Source of the DNA: Dipteris shenzhenensis
Lineage: Eukaryota
Assembly: GCA_047967505.1 (NCBI GenBank)
Contig: CM106538.1
Strand: one strand, 5' to 3'
DNA length: 64,000 bases
Part shown: positions 39,501 through 54,100 of the stretch, in pieces
How positions within the stretch are numbered: position 1 is the first letter of the stretch
How the letters are laid out: the number at the start of each line of letters is the position of its first letter
Notes under the pieces: model-generated
What the model saw: only the letters and a program-made list of their open reading frames with translations
Told to the model about the DNA's origin: nothing
Databases searched by the model: none
Position numbers and translations under genes: made by a program

Positions 39501-40270
39501 CCGCTTTTCCTTGAAACGGATGCAAGTGGCATTGCGGTAGGAGCAGTTCTCCTCCAAGAGGGAAGGCCAGTAGCCTTTGAAAGCAAGAAGCTTACTCCCT
39601 CTCAACGAAATTGGCCAACTCATGAATTAGATTTGTATGCTCTTCTCCATGCTCTAAAAACATGGAGACATTATTTGTATGGGTCAAAGTTTTATGTTGA
39701 TGTTGATCATGATACTCTGAAACATTTTTATAAACAACCTGACTTGAGAGGCCGCCAAGTGAATAAATTAATATCCCAAGAGAGGGGTAGTAAATATGCA
39801 TTTAAGAGATACCCTAGAATGAAGACATGTGGCATACTAGATCCATCTAGGGAATTGGCGCTTGGTGGAATTTGCAAGCTGGAGCCTTCACGTTGTTGGC
39901 TATTCTGAGGTTTTGCTACCACCGAGGTTGGCTAGGAGGAAATTTTGAGTGCCTGCCACGTGATTGATCGTTGAACAGATGAAATGAAGCGAGTTCAAGT
40001 ATAGTGATCATTATACCTCTACCAGCCCATACAAGAGCAGCTATCCGGAAAGAGCATGCTAGTGTTACTGGTACATCACTCCAAAAAATACTGAAACAAT
40101 AATCCAACTCATATTGCCCCTGGTGCAAGGTCTACTTCCCTATATGGGCACATGTATCTCAGAGCTATACAACCCCTCTCAGGTCCAAACTAGTACACTG
40201 ACACTAGATCAGTGAACCTTAGTGCTCCAATGACAATGGGTTTATAGACCCAGTTCAGAGTAAGGGGGGG

Positions 40271-40653
40271 TGACGAGTGATGGTTTGCCCTTGCCGGTCG
40301 CAAGCGGACTCAGAAGTCACTATCACACGGGAGGTGTTGGATAGTTGGACTTGCTCTTTCCAATATTGCGGTGGAGGGGGGATCAGTCTACTCTTTGCGT
40401 GTTGGGTCTCACACTCTTTGCTCTGAAGGGCGGTTTTGGAAATATCATAGTCAAAGAGTGTGTTGGTGTGTAGTACTAGGTGATCTAGTATGACTTGTGT
40501 GGGTGCCACGTGTCATCATGGGATATGCACTAGGTGCTAGTGCGTGAGTGAGTAGCCTATATAAGGCTTGTACTTCACTTGTCTTGACATACTTGATGAA
40601 TGCATGAAAGCCTTTGTCATGTCTTCATTTGAGCATCATTTCCTCACACCCTA

Positions 40654-40686
<33 letters not shown>

Positions 40687-41250
40687 CCATGTTTCTAGCA
40701 ATGTCCACCCCTCGAACACTTATTATTGGCATTTCCTCGGTATCGCTATCAGCATCTTTCTTCTTTTCCTTGCTCTTTAAGCCTTCACTCTTTTCCAGAG
40801 CAACAACTTGGTTTCGCAACTCTCATAAGTCTTAGTCGGGTTGACTGACTCCAGCTTATGCAAATCTACTTGAGTTCACCCTGTGATTAGCCACACTCGC
40901 ATAGACTTATCATCTGGTACATTACTCAACTGATTGATAAGAGGTCGCATCCTAAGCACAAAGTCTGACTCTTCTTATTTTGCTTTAGCTCACTCAGCTT
41001 TGTGCAAAGACTTCTTCATTGATCTCCTGCCTATACCTTCGCAGGAATGCTTCAGACATTGTAGACGTATTCTTTGTGCACCTCGTAGCTAGTAAGAATA
41101 TATTTCATCCTTCTAATGTGAGAATTAGCCTATGTATATGTGTTCAACATAGTAGGTCGGATGCATGGACATGGTGTTTCTGCCTTATGCCAGTGTTCAA
41201 GCCACAATTGACTTGAAGATTGCATAAGGTGCTGTTCAAAGTGTTCAGTC
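40271..41250 (+). mobile_element. Probable LTR preceded by a polypurine tract
   Basis: GAGTAAGGGGGGG is immediately followed by TG at 40271; TATA-like CTATATAAG at ~40557. Right end uncertain; no partner LTR in the window. Confidence 0.4.
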
Positions 41251-41399
41251 CCTGTTGAAACAAAACTAAGCGTAAGGTGCTTCCGTCAGGCACCATTTAA
41301 AATATCCCTAAAAATTTGACGCCACCATTGCAACTCCTCCCCCAAGGATTTCAGCGTCTCCTTCTACCTCAAACCTCTCTCAACACTCACACCTCTCTC

Positions 41400-44300
41400 C
41401 TACTACCCCCTCCGCTGATGTGCTCAGCCCCCCCGCTCACCCCCTCGCACCCCTCCTCTCACCTCTCCACTCAGCCCCCGCAGCCCCTCGCTCAACCCCC
41501 CCGCTCACCCCTCCTGCTACCTCTGCTACCCCCCCGCTACCCCTCTCGCTACCTCTGCTACCCCCTCCCACAGTCCACTAGCTCTGCTACCCCCTCGCTA
41601 ACCCCCTCCGCTACCCCTGCTACCCCCCCGCTACCTCTGGTACCCCCTCGCTACCCCCCCCTTTTTTTTCTCACCCAAAAAAAAAACACTCCTCAGCTTC
41701 GATCTTTTTTTTTTTTTTAAAAGAAAAAAAAGAAAAAAAAAGAGAAGCAGCTTCGACCTCCTGTAATCCCTTCTTTGCCCACTGTTGTTTCCCCCATAAT
41801 GAAGGAAACAGGGGGATGAGGACAGGAGACTAGGCGGGAGACCCTTCGATCCAAATTTGCATACGCGTGGAGATGGGGAAGCGGAACGGTGACAAGGCGA
41901 AAACACAAAAGCAACCCAGTCTGGAGGACTTCAACAAACGCAGCAACCGGAGCTGTTTGACAGTGGATAGCACCGCGGTCCAGAAGAAAGGAGCCCACCC
42001 AAAGCCCATGCCGCTCACCACATCCTCGACCTCTATGGTTACCACCACTATTTCACCACCATCATCCGCCTCATCATCTACGCCACCTCTCTCCTCCCCC
42101 TCTCCTGCATCATCATCACAAGTCTACTCTCCAGTAGCCTCACCACTGGCGCCACTAGCCACGGCTCCACAGTACTTTCTCCTCGTATCACCTCTACCTC
42201 TCAATCAGCCACCCTTCATCACCTCGTCCGACCTCGCTACTCCTACATATCACTCCACCACCCAGATCATGTTGTCCCTACCCTCAGTACAACCTCAGCA
42301 GCCCACCTTCATTCCAACCCCTCTCGAGATCCAGTTCCCACCTGGACCAGGACATCTTAGGCCCCCGCCAAATGCTTGGGACTCCCTATTGACTGAGATA
42401 CACAGCATCCGGGCCTGTGAGGCAGAGCAGGCCCGATACACCCAGGAGTAGGCCCGATACACCCAGGAGCAGGCCCGCATTATACATGAGCAGGGCACCC
42501 TTATCCAGGGACTCAGACACGACATCACACAGCTTCGAGAGGAGCTCGGGACCCTCAGAGCAGTGCCTGGAGCGACCCCAGTCACAGAGATGGAGGCACA
42601 GATAGCCACGATACAGTCGGCTATAGCAAAGACGACTAGATGGGTGGACGTGGCGAAACGAGAGCCCGCAAAGGCAACCGTTTCAGTCGCCATACAGGAG
42701 CAGCAGCAGAGGGCTTCGAAGGCCCTCAACATCCGGGTACGAGGGATCACGTGAGACAGCACCAGCACCACTACGATGCCCATGGAGGAGGCGATCACCT
42801 TTGTGACCACCACCATGGGAGTCCCCGACCATGGCATAATCCCTATCCCTAGACCTAATGACTCTCCACTGCTATGATTTTGGATAGTTTTTTCTTAAAG
42901 TGACCACAATTATGGACTCCATTTGTATATTATATGCATCCTCCTTCATCTTAGGTCATAATCATGTAACCATTTGTTGATGCTCTTTTTTTGTCATGCC
43001 TCAGTTGACTAGTGTACCCGGTATGAGAGTTAACATGTCTATATAGGTTCATGCATATAGTAGCATGAAAGAATCTATGTTAATATGGATACAAACTAAT
43101 CAAGTGCATGTGCATGAAGATGTTTATTGAGAAGTGATAGACATGAAGGTTAATGAAGTTGATTGTGCAAATAATTATTTGGAGCAATGCGATAACGGAG
43201 CAACAATGCAAGAAGCAGCATGCATAAAATAACATATGTTCAATCTATATCATTTTGGATATAAAGACTCTAGCTAAGAGCAACGTCTCTCAATGTAATC
43301 ATATAATAACTAGTATTGAGTAGTGGTTCTAGGCTAGGTTATCCTCATTGCTCTAATTGATAGACTAGTGCCTCAAGCCAAGGTGATATCATCTTTATGA
43401 TGTCCCACACCAGCCCACTCCAAATCTCATACACACACCTTGCCCCACCACTTGCACGTTGTTCACCAGAGGGGGAGTCAAGGACGCGACATTGAAACTG
43501 CACAATGGCCGAGCAAAGGATCACGAGGGGCTATGCACTGAGTTTATCGCATATGGGATTAACACGTTAGCCCCGATCCTAGCAAAGCTATTCAATGACG
43601 CTGTTTGCCTTGGCTTCCCCCGCACCTGGACACTCAACACCATCACCCCCATCCACAAGGCAGGGGATCCCATGGATCCGAGTAACTACAGGACTATCAT
43701 GATTGGACATGTGATGTCCAAGATCTATGCAGCTGTATTGGATGCATCGGTCAGCCTATTCACAGAGATGAGAGGGCTCAGAGCAGAGGGTCAGGCCGGT
43801 TTCAGACGAGACCATGGGACTATGGATCACATACTCACACTCAAAAGTGTCATTGAGGAGGCCAGATCTCGGAAGGAGAGGGTATATTGTTGCTTTGTGG
43901 ATTTTCGCAAAGCCTTTGACACTGTACCTCGAGCTCGTCTCATCACACGCCTACAAAGACTGGGATTTGATCAGGAGATCATCTGGGCAGTCATGGCACT
44001 GTATGAGAGTCTTAGGCCGAGTTCGGACAGGCGCAGGTTGGACAGATGAGATCCTGAGTACCATAGGGGTCAAACAGGGTTGTCCCTTATCACCGACCCT
44101 GTTTGGCCTCTACATCGATGAGCTTGAGACTTTCATGGGGGCGTTCGGAGGGACCGGTTGCTCACTTTCCAAGATCATCATCAAGATTCTTCTTTATGCA
44201 GATGTTGTGGCACTCATGTCGTCCACACCTGAGGGGCTCCAGCGACACCTAGATGCACTGCAGGCTTTTTGTTTATCCCATGATTTGGAGGTCAACCTTG

Positions 44301-46183
44301 GCAAGACCAAGGTCATGACCTTTAACACCTGTCGAGCAAACATGCAACGGAAGCAGGTTACTTTTACTTTCGGTGGGTCACCAATTGAGATCATATCCTC
44401 ATACACTTACTTGGGGGTCATCTTCTCCGGCTCGATCTTCACGATGAGACAGCGATGCAGGCCAGACAGAGCAAGGGATACGCCTCACTGGCTCGGCTAG
44501 AGAGACAATGCTTTCACTCCCACTTCCAGGACCCTCGAACCAAGGCTCTTCTCTTCGACTCCTTGGTCCGACCAGCCGGTATGTATGGCAGCCCTTGTTG
44601 GGGGCCTGACATGTCAGAGATAGAGCGGACACGGGTGGAGCACGTGCAGATCCTCATGCTCTCATGGATGATCTGGGGGAAACCGTCTGTACCACATCAC
44701 ATCATTCAGGCCGAGTTTGGTGCTTCTCCACTCCAGCTAGATGCATCCTCTCAGACCATCACATATCTACACCGGGTTAGATCATATGGGGACTGCACAT
44801 CAGGGAGACACAGGTTGCCATGGTTGGCTCTCGATTCCTCCATGAGGTTGGCAACACCGGGAGACGAGCGATGCTAGTATGCACGGACTCACAGATGGTT
44901 TGTGAGACTAGGGTTCCACATCAATAGGATACCTCCTTTTCAGTACAGTTTAGATGCCCCTCCGGTACTCCCACCCACCATCCCGATTAGGCCACACACC
45001 AACCAAGTCATTCGAGAGGATCTCCTGCAGCTACACACCTTTAGGACCTAGTTGGAGCCGAGGGAGCTCCCAGTGAAGCTGAGTTTCTACAGAGATTACT
45101 ATCTTCGTATTTCGGAGGAGGGATTCATCACACCACCGGGGTACACTGAGCTTTATATGCCTCACTCACTACAGATCTCCATCGGACAGTTTTGGGTATC
45201 ATCACACCGGCAGAGCAGAGGGGATTCCTAGGGAGCATCGCTTATGCATATTGTGCGACTGTCAGGAGGTTGAGTCGGAGGAGCATTTTATTTTCAGGTG
45301 CCCAGTGTACTACAAGATTCGAGGTCGTTACCACTGCCTCTTCAGAGACGACTCCGGGCTCCTTTTCAGATTCCTCGCCTACCCAGATCAGAGATGCCTC
45401 GCGGCCTTCATTCACGAGGGGGTCCGACACAGAGAGTACTTACTCAGGCAACGAGGCTTGGCCACATCATCAGACACCTCTCAGAGCAGGATCGCAGAGT
45501 TCTTCCCATCGAGTAACATTGATCGTCCAGTCTCTAGCCGCAGACATGACAGAGACCCCGACCCGACAACTGCACCACGACACACGAGACATCGAGGGGG
45601 GACACAGATCACTCTGGGGGACCCCCCGTCATTGTTTAGACCCAGGATACGTCCCATGGGAGTCACGGTGGCTCTGGCCTTGTGTCGAGCCTCGTCCAGG
45701 AGACCGAGTGACATTGATCGTCCAGTCTCTAGCCGCAGACATGACAGAGACCCCGACCCGACAACTGCAGCACACACACAAGACATCGAGGGGGGACACA
45801 GATCACTCTGGGGGACCCCCCGTCATTGTTTAGACCCGGGATACGTCCCATGGGAGTCACGGTGGCTCTGGCCTTGTGTCGAGCCTCGTCCAGGAGACCG
45901 AGACGCACGGCACCCCTTAACGGGCGCCAACGTCCCATCACCGGCTATGCACCAGCCAGGGCAACATGACATACAGAGGATTCCGCTCCACTCCAGTCCT
46001 TTTCTTTTCTTTTCATTGTTACATCCAGATGTATTTGATTATGTATGATCAGACTTAGGGTTCAGCACGGGTGATGATGCTCGTTTCAGTAGCTCCACCC
46101 TTACTGTGATTTGTATCAGGTTTTCTTTCAGTCTCATAGACGCATCGGCCTTCCGAAGACTAATAAAATTTCTTTCTTTCTTT
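41400..46183 (+). mobile_element. RTEX-like LINE (ORF1, RT and C-terminal Cys/His motif; unrelated insert at ~42850-43395)
   Basis: Coiled-coil ORF1 ending NIRVRGI. RT GVKQGCPLSPTLFGLYIDEL, LLYADV. CDCQEVESEEHFIFRCP. (TTTC)n tail. Same family as 29543-38840. Confidence 0.88.
45511..45902. repeat. ~195-bp tandem duplication in the LINE 3' region
   Basis: GAGT(A/G)ACATTGATCGTCCAG...CCAGGAGACCGAG occurs at 45511 and 45706. Confidence 0.9.
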
Positions 46184-48229
46184 CATGCCCCTCTCTTTAC
46201 CACCTTGCCTTCTCAGCCCTCTCTGCACGCATGTCCTGTTAACCATCTCTCAACACCTCGCCCGCTTTCAGCCCTCTCTCACCCTTTGCCACTCTCAGCA
46301 TTCTCAATCTCTCAGCCCCCTCTCAGTGTCCTTTAACTCCGCCCTTCATTCTCAGCCCCCCATTAAAAGATCCTGGAGGACCTCAACACACGGTTCATGA
46401 CATCCAAATGTCTACTGAACGTGCAGACTTTAAATATGTCCTGATGTTACAGACCTTTCTTGTCACTCTAAGCTTCTTTTTTACTCATTTTCTTCGTTCG
46501 TAGCTCCAACTACAATTTGTATATATTGTTGCCAAGCCTTCATGCCTTTCTCATAGCTGTTGATTTCCTTTATTAGCTATCATACAAGCAAAGACTGAAA
46601 CACAGATGTTTATATGTATAGTGCAGGTGGCCGTACAAGCTAAAACTTTTCTGGTAACTTCCACCAAAAGAATCTCAAGATAGCCACCTTACCCAAAAAG
46701 TTTCTATCAGCTCACTGTGTCTGCACTGCTGATGCGGCACACCCCCCGTAAAATAGAACTTTATGCACATCAGATAAGTGTGTGCACATACGCATGCCCA
46801 TGTGTGTGTGCACCTAGACCCAAACACATACATACACTGGGTGTGTGCGTGCTCACACATACACAAGCGTACGTGCACAGTGCACACGTGTTTATCCACT
46901 GGTCAGTGTTATGAGTGTGTACAAGTGGATGTGCGCACATTTGTGTGTGTGTTTGCATGCACACACACCAACATATATTACACTCCTAAGACTTGCCAAA
47001 AGATACTCAGATCATAGCATGCACACACACTCATATGCATTACACTCCTCAGACTCGCTGGTGGATACTAAGATAACAGCACTACCATGATAACACAGCC
47101 CTTGAAATGGCAACCTTTATCTTGCTAGAGCAATATTCAAAGGACTGATTAATAGCAACCCTGGATGTTTTGTAAATACCCATTTATATGTTTTTGTCTT
47201 GGGGAAGCGAGCACCATCATTAATTCTTGTTTTTATAATATATTTATTCCTATTTCCCCAATGCTCCCACTTTTCATCCACGTTGATAACAACATTCATG
47301 GTCGTGATAACTCCTTTGGTCTGTAGACAAAAGTGACAACAATTTCTCCTCCCCCCCCCCCCCCCCGGGCCCCTGAATTTTCACATCACTTCACATCTCT
47401 CAGCATGGGGGTGGGGTGTGATGCAGGGTCGTACCTTTATGCATACATATATAAAATGAGAATCTTTATCCTCCAAGGAAAAATCACTTGCATAACTACC
47501 ATCATCATGTACCAATACCGGATCTAAGTCTGAGCTTGAGCAACCCTCTAAAGCCTTTTTGGAGCCTGGTTGAGCTGTGCAATAAAGAAGACTTCTCAAG
47601 TCAGAAGCTTGAAAAAAGATCAAATGCTTAATTGCAACAGAAGAGTTGAGAAAGCATTGTCCTCTGGTTAAATATAAACCATACTACAACTAGACTCATT
47701 CAAACCCCAACCACTCCCCCTTTTTCAAGGACAACAGAGGCTGCACAACCCCATAAGAATCAAGCGTGATTGACTACACGATTAATAAATCCACAAGTCA
47801 TTGTGAAGTATCTGGTGAGACATTGGAGTCCAACCACACGGCCAGACATACGACCAGCTGTTAAAAAACAGAAATCCACAGCGACCCCCTAGGCTCACAT
47901 ATATGAGCAGGAAATAAAAAGGTAATATCCCAGTGCAGGTTGGCCCATGCCTGTTAGGAGATGAACAAATGCATGACAGAAAGCATGGCCCACAAATGCT
48001 TTACAAAGAGCAAACGAAGAAGCAAAGGAATGCCTCGTGATAGCTGGTATGATGAGGGCTTTTTTTAAAAGCCAACAAATCAAGGAAAACAATAAACACA
48101 TAGGAAAAGAAAAAAGGGAAAGAGCATACAAGCAGCTAAGAAGAGAAGGTTCTTAAGAGAAAAACGATTCGATCATTTGAGGAACTTTACAAAAATCCCA
48201 GAAACTTCTTCCAAAAGCTACACAAAAAC

Positions 48230-51110
48230 AAATCATGGGTGGGGAAGCGGCGTGAAAAGACATGATAAAGTTTGTTAAGAACCTCTACCAGAGAGTAGGG
48301 GAAGAAAAGGCCCACCCACATTTCTCCACGAGGCCACAGATGATATTATTATAGAAAAGGATGTGGAGAGGGGGCTGAAGAAATTTGCAAATGGGAAGGC
48401 TCTGGACTTGCAAGGCCTAATAGCAGAGATGCTGAAAAGAGGAGGAGGCAAAACAAAAGATACTAACATGCTAATAAATAACGCTTTCAAAGAGAACTTC
48501 CCATGAAGTAGCAACTCAATAGAATTGCACCAATCCACAAAGGAGGAGACAATAGGACAGCAAGCGATTACAAAACAATCATGGTAAGCAGTTACTGGCA
48601 AACCTGTATGGTACTATACTTGATTAGAAAGTCACGATTGGGCAGAAGAGCAAGAAAAAAGAGCAACATCTTAAGCGAGTTTCAAGCCCAAGCATTTAAC
48701 AATAGAACACCTGGTCACAATGGGAACTGCAATAGAGGGAGTCAAGGACAGAGGAAAGCAACTTACTGCTGTTCTGTGGACTCCAAGAAAGCCTTTCAGT
48801 CAGTACCCCACAAAAAACTATTTGAACAGCTGCAAATACCTCAAGAACTTAGGGAAGCCATGCTCAGACAAAGGTCCTAACAGAATTAGCAGAGTCACTA
48901 GTAGATGGGTCAAACTCTAAGGAAGTAATGACATAGGGGTGAAACAAGGCTGTCACCCTCTTGCCAACTCTATTCAGTTTATTCATAGATGACTTAGAAG
49001 TTTGGATGAAAGCACGCAGTATAGAGGGGGTACAATTTGCAGGGCATGCCTTACTCCTTGTTATCTATGCGGATGACATAGTTTTCTTTGCAAAAGACAA
49101 AAGGACATGCAAACACACTTGGATGCATTAGGTAAATTCTACCAACACTTACGGATGAAAGTCAAAATTTCAAAGACAAAGGTCATTCTTAAGTTTGCAA
49201 ACAACTACAAGTGGAATGCATGTCCAGAAAGAAGAGCCATGGGAGGGTTGAAGCCTTATACATCTTCCAAAACAAATGCAAGGAAGCACACCTATGGAGC
49301 TGGGAAATGAGGAAGTTCCTGTACACAAGATACTTGATCTAGGGTGTAGTCAAGACATCATATGGGCATCCGGTCACTATATCAGCGGATCAGGCAGAGT
49401 CAAGACATTGACTGGGTAGACAGAGGAGATCATGAACATGATTGGGGTCAAACAAGGTTGTCCTTTACCATCAGCCTTCTTTGGCCTATACATTCATGAG
49501 ATCAAGTCCTTCATCATAGCATTAGTAGGAGCAGGTTTACCCATAGCTGGTTCCCTGATCCTGATTCTACTATACATAGATGATGTGGTTCTTAGCCGAG
49601 GGTCTCCACTGATACTTGGATACACTTCAAACTTCATGTGAGACAGGTCAACCTTGGTAAACCCAAGGTCATGATCTTCAGCACTTCTTCAGCAGCCGCA
49701 CATCCAGAGCAGTTTAACTTTGACGAGTCCTATATGTACCTAGGGGTCCTTTTCTCAGGCCCAACTTCACGATGAAACCAGCTCTGCAGGCCCATTTCAG
49801 CAAAGGGTATGCCACAGTTGCCAGACTCAAGCATCAATGCTTTTACTCCCATTTCCAAGACCCCATAACCTCTCTTATTTTTTACTCACTTGTTTGTCCA
49901 GTAGGGATGTATAGCAGTCCCTTTTGAGGGACAGATCTGCCTGAGACAAGCCATTCCCACGTAGAGGGACTAAAGATTCTACTTCTTTCTTTAGATGATC
50001 TGTAGCAAGGCATCAGTCCCTCATCACACTAGGTTAGCAGAGTTCGGTCCTAGCCCTCTACCTGATGCAGCCTTTCAAGTGGTCACTTATCTTCATTGAG
50101 TCAAGGACTTTGACACCACAACATCCGGACAACACATTGTTGACCTCATCTATGGCACTAGAGGCAGGAGGATGAGAGGATTTGGTATGCTTGGACACAC
50201 ACTTGGATACTACCACCATTTCAGTATAGCCTTGAGGCTGCATCCACCCCACTCACCTATGATTAGATGACCCACGTCATCAAAGAGGATCTATTACAGC
50301 TCCACACTTATAGGACTTGGCTACACCTCATGAGCTTTGGTAAATTTCAGCTTCTACAAAGATCGCTATCTATGGATTTCAAAGAAAGATTTCGCCACCA
50401 TTTCAGTATACTATGGATACTACCACCATTTCAATATAGCCTTGAGGCTCCATCTCCACTCACCTATCATAAGATGAACCACGTCATCAAAGAGGATCTA
50501 TTACAACTCCACACTTATAGGACTTGGCTACACCTCATGAGCTTTGGTAAAATTCATCTCTATAGAGATCACTATCTTGCACTTCAAAGCAAGATTTCAT
50601 TGAACCACCAGCCGGCGGCTACCATCTTTCACATGAAATGAGGATCTCTTATTGGATAATTCCGAGTGTCTTCTCATCAGCTACATAATGATACATGATG
50701 GGTAAAGGACACTTCACATGAGCGACGGACTTGCACTTTATGTGATATGCAAGAGATCAAGATAGAGGAGCACTTTATATTCAGATGCCATATGTCCTAT
50801 GAGATCTATGGACGGCACACTATCTATTCAGGAACAATTTTGGCCCTCTTAGAGAATTTCTTGGTCCATCTGATTGGCGATGCATGGCATTTTTCCTCCT
50901 CAAGGCCCAACGACATAGATCAACTCATTTGAGCATAGAGGAGAGCACAGCATACTAGAGGGCCCATTAGAGCCCAGTTCATGGACTTCTTCGATGACTA
51001 GAGCCAGGGACAGCAAGGGACGCGGCGTAGTAGAGACCTAGAGAACATGACTCGATAGACTCGACCTTAGGTAGACTCGGAGACAAATGACTAGAGTGAC
51101 TGTAGTGCTT
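48230..51110 (+). mobile_element. Two juxtaposed, heavily degenerate RTE/RTEX-like LINE RT fragments
   Basis: VDSKKAFQSVPH, GVKQGC and IYADD at 48770-49080. A second GVKQGCPLPS, LYIDDV and EEHFIFRC at 49440-50790. Internal duplication at ~50205-50555. Confidence 0.75.
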
Positions 51111-51111
51111 G

Positions 51112-51142
<31 letters not shown>

Positions 51143-51164
51143 GTGTGGTGTGTGTATGTGAGAG

Positions 51165-54100
51165 AGATCCCGTGCTAGCCCTCGTGCTCCCACGCTGCAG
51201 CTGCTTGTTTCTCCCTCAGTTTGACGCCCTCGAGGTTCCGTTTGACGCCCGTTTTTTGTCCGTATGCTCTATCAAAATTTCGTACGATTTTGTATGTACA
51301 GCCACGAAAAATCCATACAGTTTTGTCCGTACAGTCCGTACAGTTTTTGTCCGTACAGTCGGGAAAATCGGTACAGTTTTGTTGTCCGGGGGGGATTCCC
51401 GTACTATCAAAAATCCGTACGATTGTGTCCATACAGCCACGAAAAGTACGTATAGTTTTGTACCTGCTGTGCTTTCCTCCTTGTAAAGCGTTGCTACTTC
51501 CAAGCCTTTTCCTTAACTCGAATGGCGGATTATTCCTATGAGAAAACCTTTCACAAAGACAAGTCGGTTTCCAACAAGAAACAAAAACAGGTGATGGATT
51601 CAGATGATTCCCTTCATGACTCTGCTGAGGCTCAGCTTGTTTATGAGGTTATGCATGAAGGGTTTGAAGACACCCGCAAAGGTTGGAAAGATCCACTTCC
51701 CACCACTGGCATTATGGTGGAAGTGGATGATATATTTGATCCAGTTAAGGAGTATGCAAAGCATGCCATTATAATTTTCTTCCCAGGATGGATGCCTGCT
51801 GCAGTAGATGTTGGGAATTGGTTGACTCGAACCCTGTGTGGTTCTTATGTCAAAAAGGTTCATTATGTAGCGAGGAGCCTTTTTTAGATCATCATGGCTG
51901 ATGAGGAGCACCGTCAGGTTTTGCTGGAGCACTCTCCTCTCTTATATGACCAGCAGATGGTCCATGTCCTGCCCTGGTCTCCCACCCGGGATTATCAGGC
52001 ATTGATTCGGCAACGTTGCCCTATTTGGGTAGAAGTTGTGGATTTTCCTCAATGCTTGTCTTCTCTTCTACCTAAAATTGCAGCTTCCCTCGGTAAGGTG
52101 GCATGTCCACCGCGACCCAATGGAAATTCGAATCGCTTTTGCATTTTGTGGGATACGGATCATCCCACTCCAGCTTCATATTCAGTTATTGTGAATAATG
52201 TTCCATGGGGAGTGCCTTTTACAAGCTCAAGTGGGGGCTGTTTGCAGGTGCTTGCTTTGAATGCAAGCAATTTGGGCACATGGCTTCACAATGCCCTTCC
52301 CGAGCTCCATGGATGCCATTGTAAGCTGAAATGGTTCAGCCTTTGGATAAGAATGCAAATGCCTCTTCTGTGGTCAAAAACAAAGGGATCAAACAGTTTT
52401 TCTCTGTTCAAAACAAAGGCAAAGCCCCGGCTGTCTCAAATGGTAATGCTTCTTTTCCTATGCCTTTGTCCTCTCCACCTCACGGGAAGGGGGAAAATTT
52501 TTTGACTGATGGATGGCAAACTCCTTGCAAAGTGATCTCCCCCAAGCGACCTTTGCCTTCTCGGACTTGGAGTGGTGCATCCTCTCATGGGAAAACACCT
52601 GCTGAAAACTCTGGTGTTGGCTTGACCTGGGCTACTATGACTGCAAATCGGACCTTGTTTCTTGAAGAAGAAGTTGCTGCACTTTTGTCCTCGCCTCAAG
52701 CTGATGCTTCATCCCATGGCAGAGGCCTGGACATTGAGGTGGAAATGCAGACGTAGACAACCCGTTAGTTGCTGTACATACATGTCCCATAACTGTAAAT
52801 ATGCTTGATCATCTGAAGTGTGTTACTCTCAATGTATAGGGAATGTGTGATGGTCACAAATGAAAACTGGTCTGGATGTATATCAGGCAATTGCAGCCTG
52901 ATATAGTTGCTTTGCAAGAGCAAAATCAGCATATGTATGCTAGTCAGATAGGCCATTTTGCTGGTTATGATATCTTCTATGCTGGAGAGCGTCCTTTTCT
53001 AATGTGGCTTTTTTGGTAAAGCACGACCTTCAACCTGTTGTGGATCTCAATGATCGCCATGGTAAATGAATTATTGTTCAATGCCTTGTTCAAGTGGAAA
53101 TTTTTGAATTTGCATCGGTTTATGTCCCCCAATCTTCTCATGATAGAGCTTTGATCTGGGCTGCCATGCATACTTATCCATGGTGACAACATGCCTTCAT
53201 TTGTGGTGACTTTAATAATGCCCCTCAATCGAGTGACAATACCTCAGGCCACACTCATATGTTGGCTTCTGAAACACAGGCATGGTCTGATTTTTTGCTT
53301 CAGTTGCGCCTGGTTGATCTCTGGAAGGAATTACAACCCATGCTTCCGGGCTATACCTTTCAGCATAATGCTCAATCTTCTTATCGGGCACGCTTGGACG
53401 GATGGTAACAGATTGATCCACAGCATTGTGATGCCTTTACTTGTCAAATTTGGGTTGATCATGCTTTCACACATTCGGATCATGCTCCTCTTTGGTTGAG
53501 GCTTTCCTTACATGAATTTCCCACTGACAGATTGCCTTGCCAAAGACTTTAAATAGTTATCTGGAGCATGCTAACTTTAAAGCCTTGGTCTCTGATGCTA
53601 TTCAGCCTCTCTCTCATCAGATACACATTGGTTTAGATTATGCCTGGTAGGTTTTTGTTACTTGGATGCAAGCAGTTATTCGAGATTATGGCAAATCCTA
53701 TATGCAAGCCACAAGGGAGACTGTAGCACATGCCAAATTTACTTGTCAGAGTTTGACTGAGCTTGCTCATCTTCACCCTTTGTCTTCAAAGGAAAGCATG
53801 CTCTTATGTTAGGCTCAATTCTCTCTTCAATCCAATGATCGCAGAAAGCTTGCTAAATGGGAAACTCAATACAGACAACGAGCATTTTTGGATAAAGGCT
53901 GCTCTTCCAAGCAATTTTTAAAGAGTTTACACTACAAAAGACAGGCCGCCAATATCTGTCGAATCTGGATGCCTGATGGCTCTTGGTCAACATCTCGTTC
54001 AAAGCTTGCTGATTTATATGTGCAGCACTTCTCCACTCATTTTGGGCATGTGGATACTCTTTCTCCTCGGGTCGTATCTGCACGTCAGCTTCTTTTGCAG

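Larger units (their letters stand above)
25344..40015 (+). mobile_element. Ty3/Gypsy LTR retrotransposon (degenerate; integrase and part of the 3' LTR deleted; carries nested insertions)
   Basis: TSD CCTCT at 25339-25343 and 40016-40020. 5' LTR 25344-25815, PBS 25819-25830. Gag and knuckle 27500-28570, protease LFDSTSTH. RT split by a LINE (LCIDY at ~29540, RALN at ~38845). RNase H LETDASG. Partial 3' LTR 39756-40015. Confidence 0.92.

Noticed and set aside
46680-47330. Possible minus-strand host exons around a CA/TG-rich tract
   Set aside because: No recognisable product and weak acceptor sites. The ORFs there mostly reflect low-complexity sequence.
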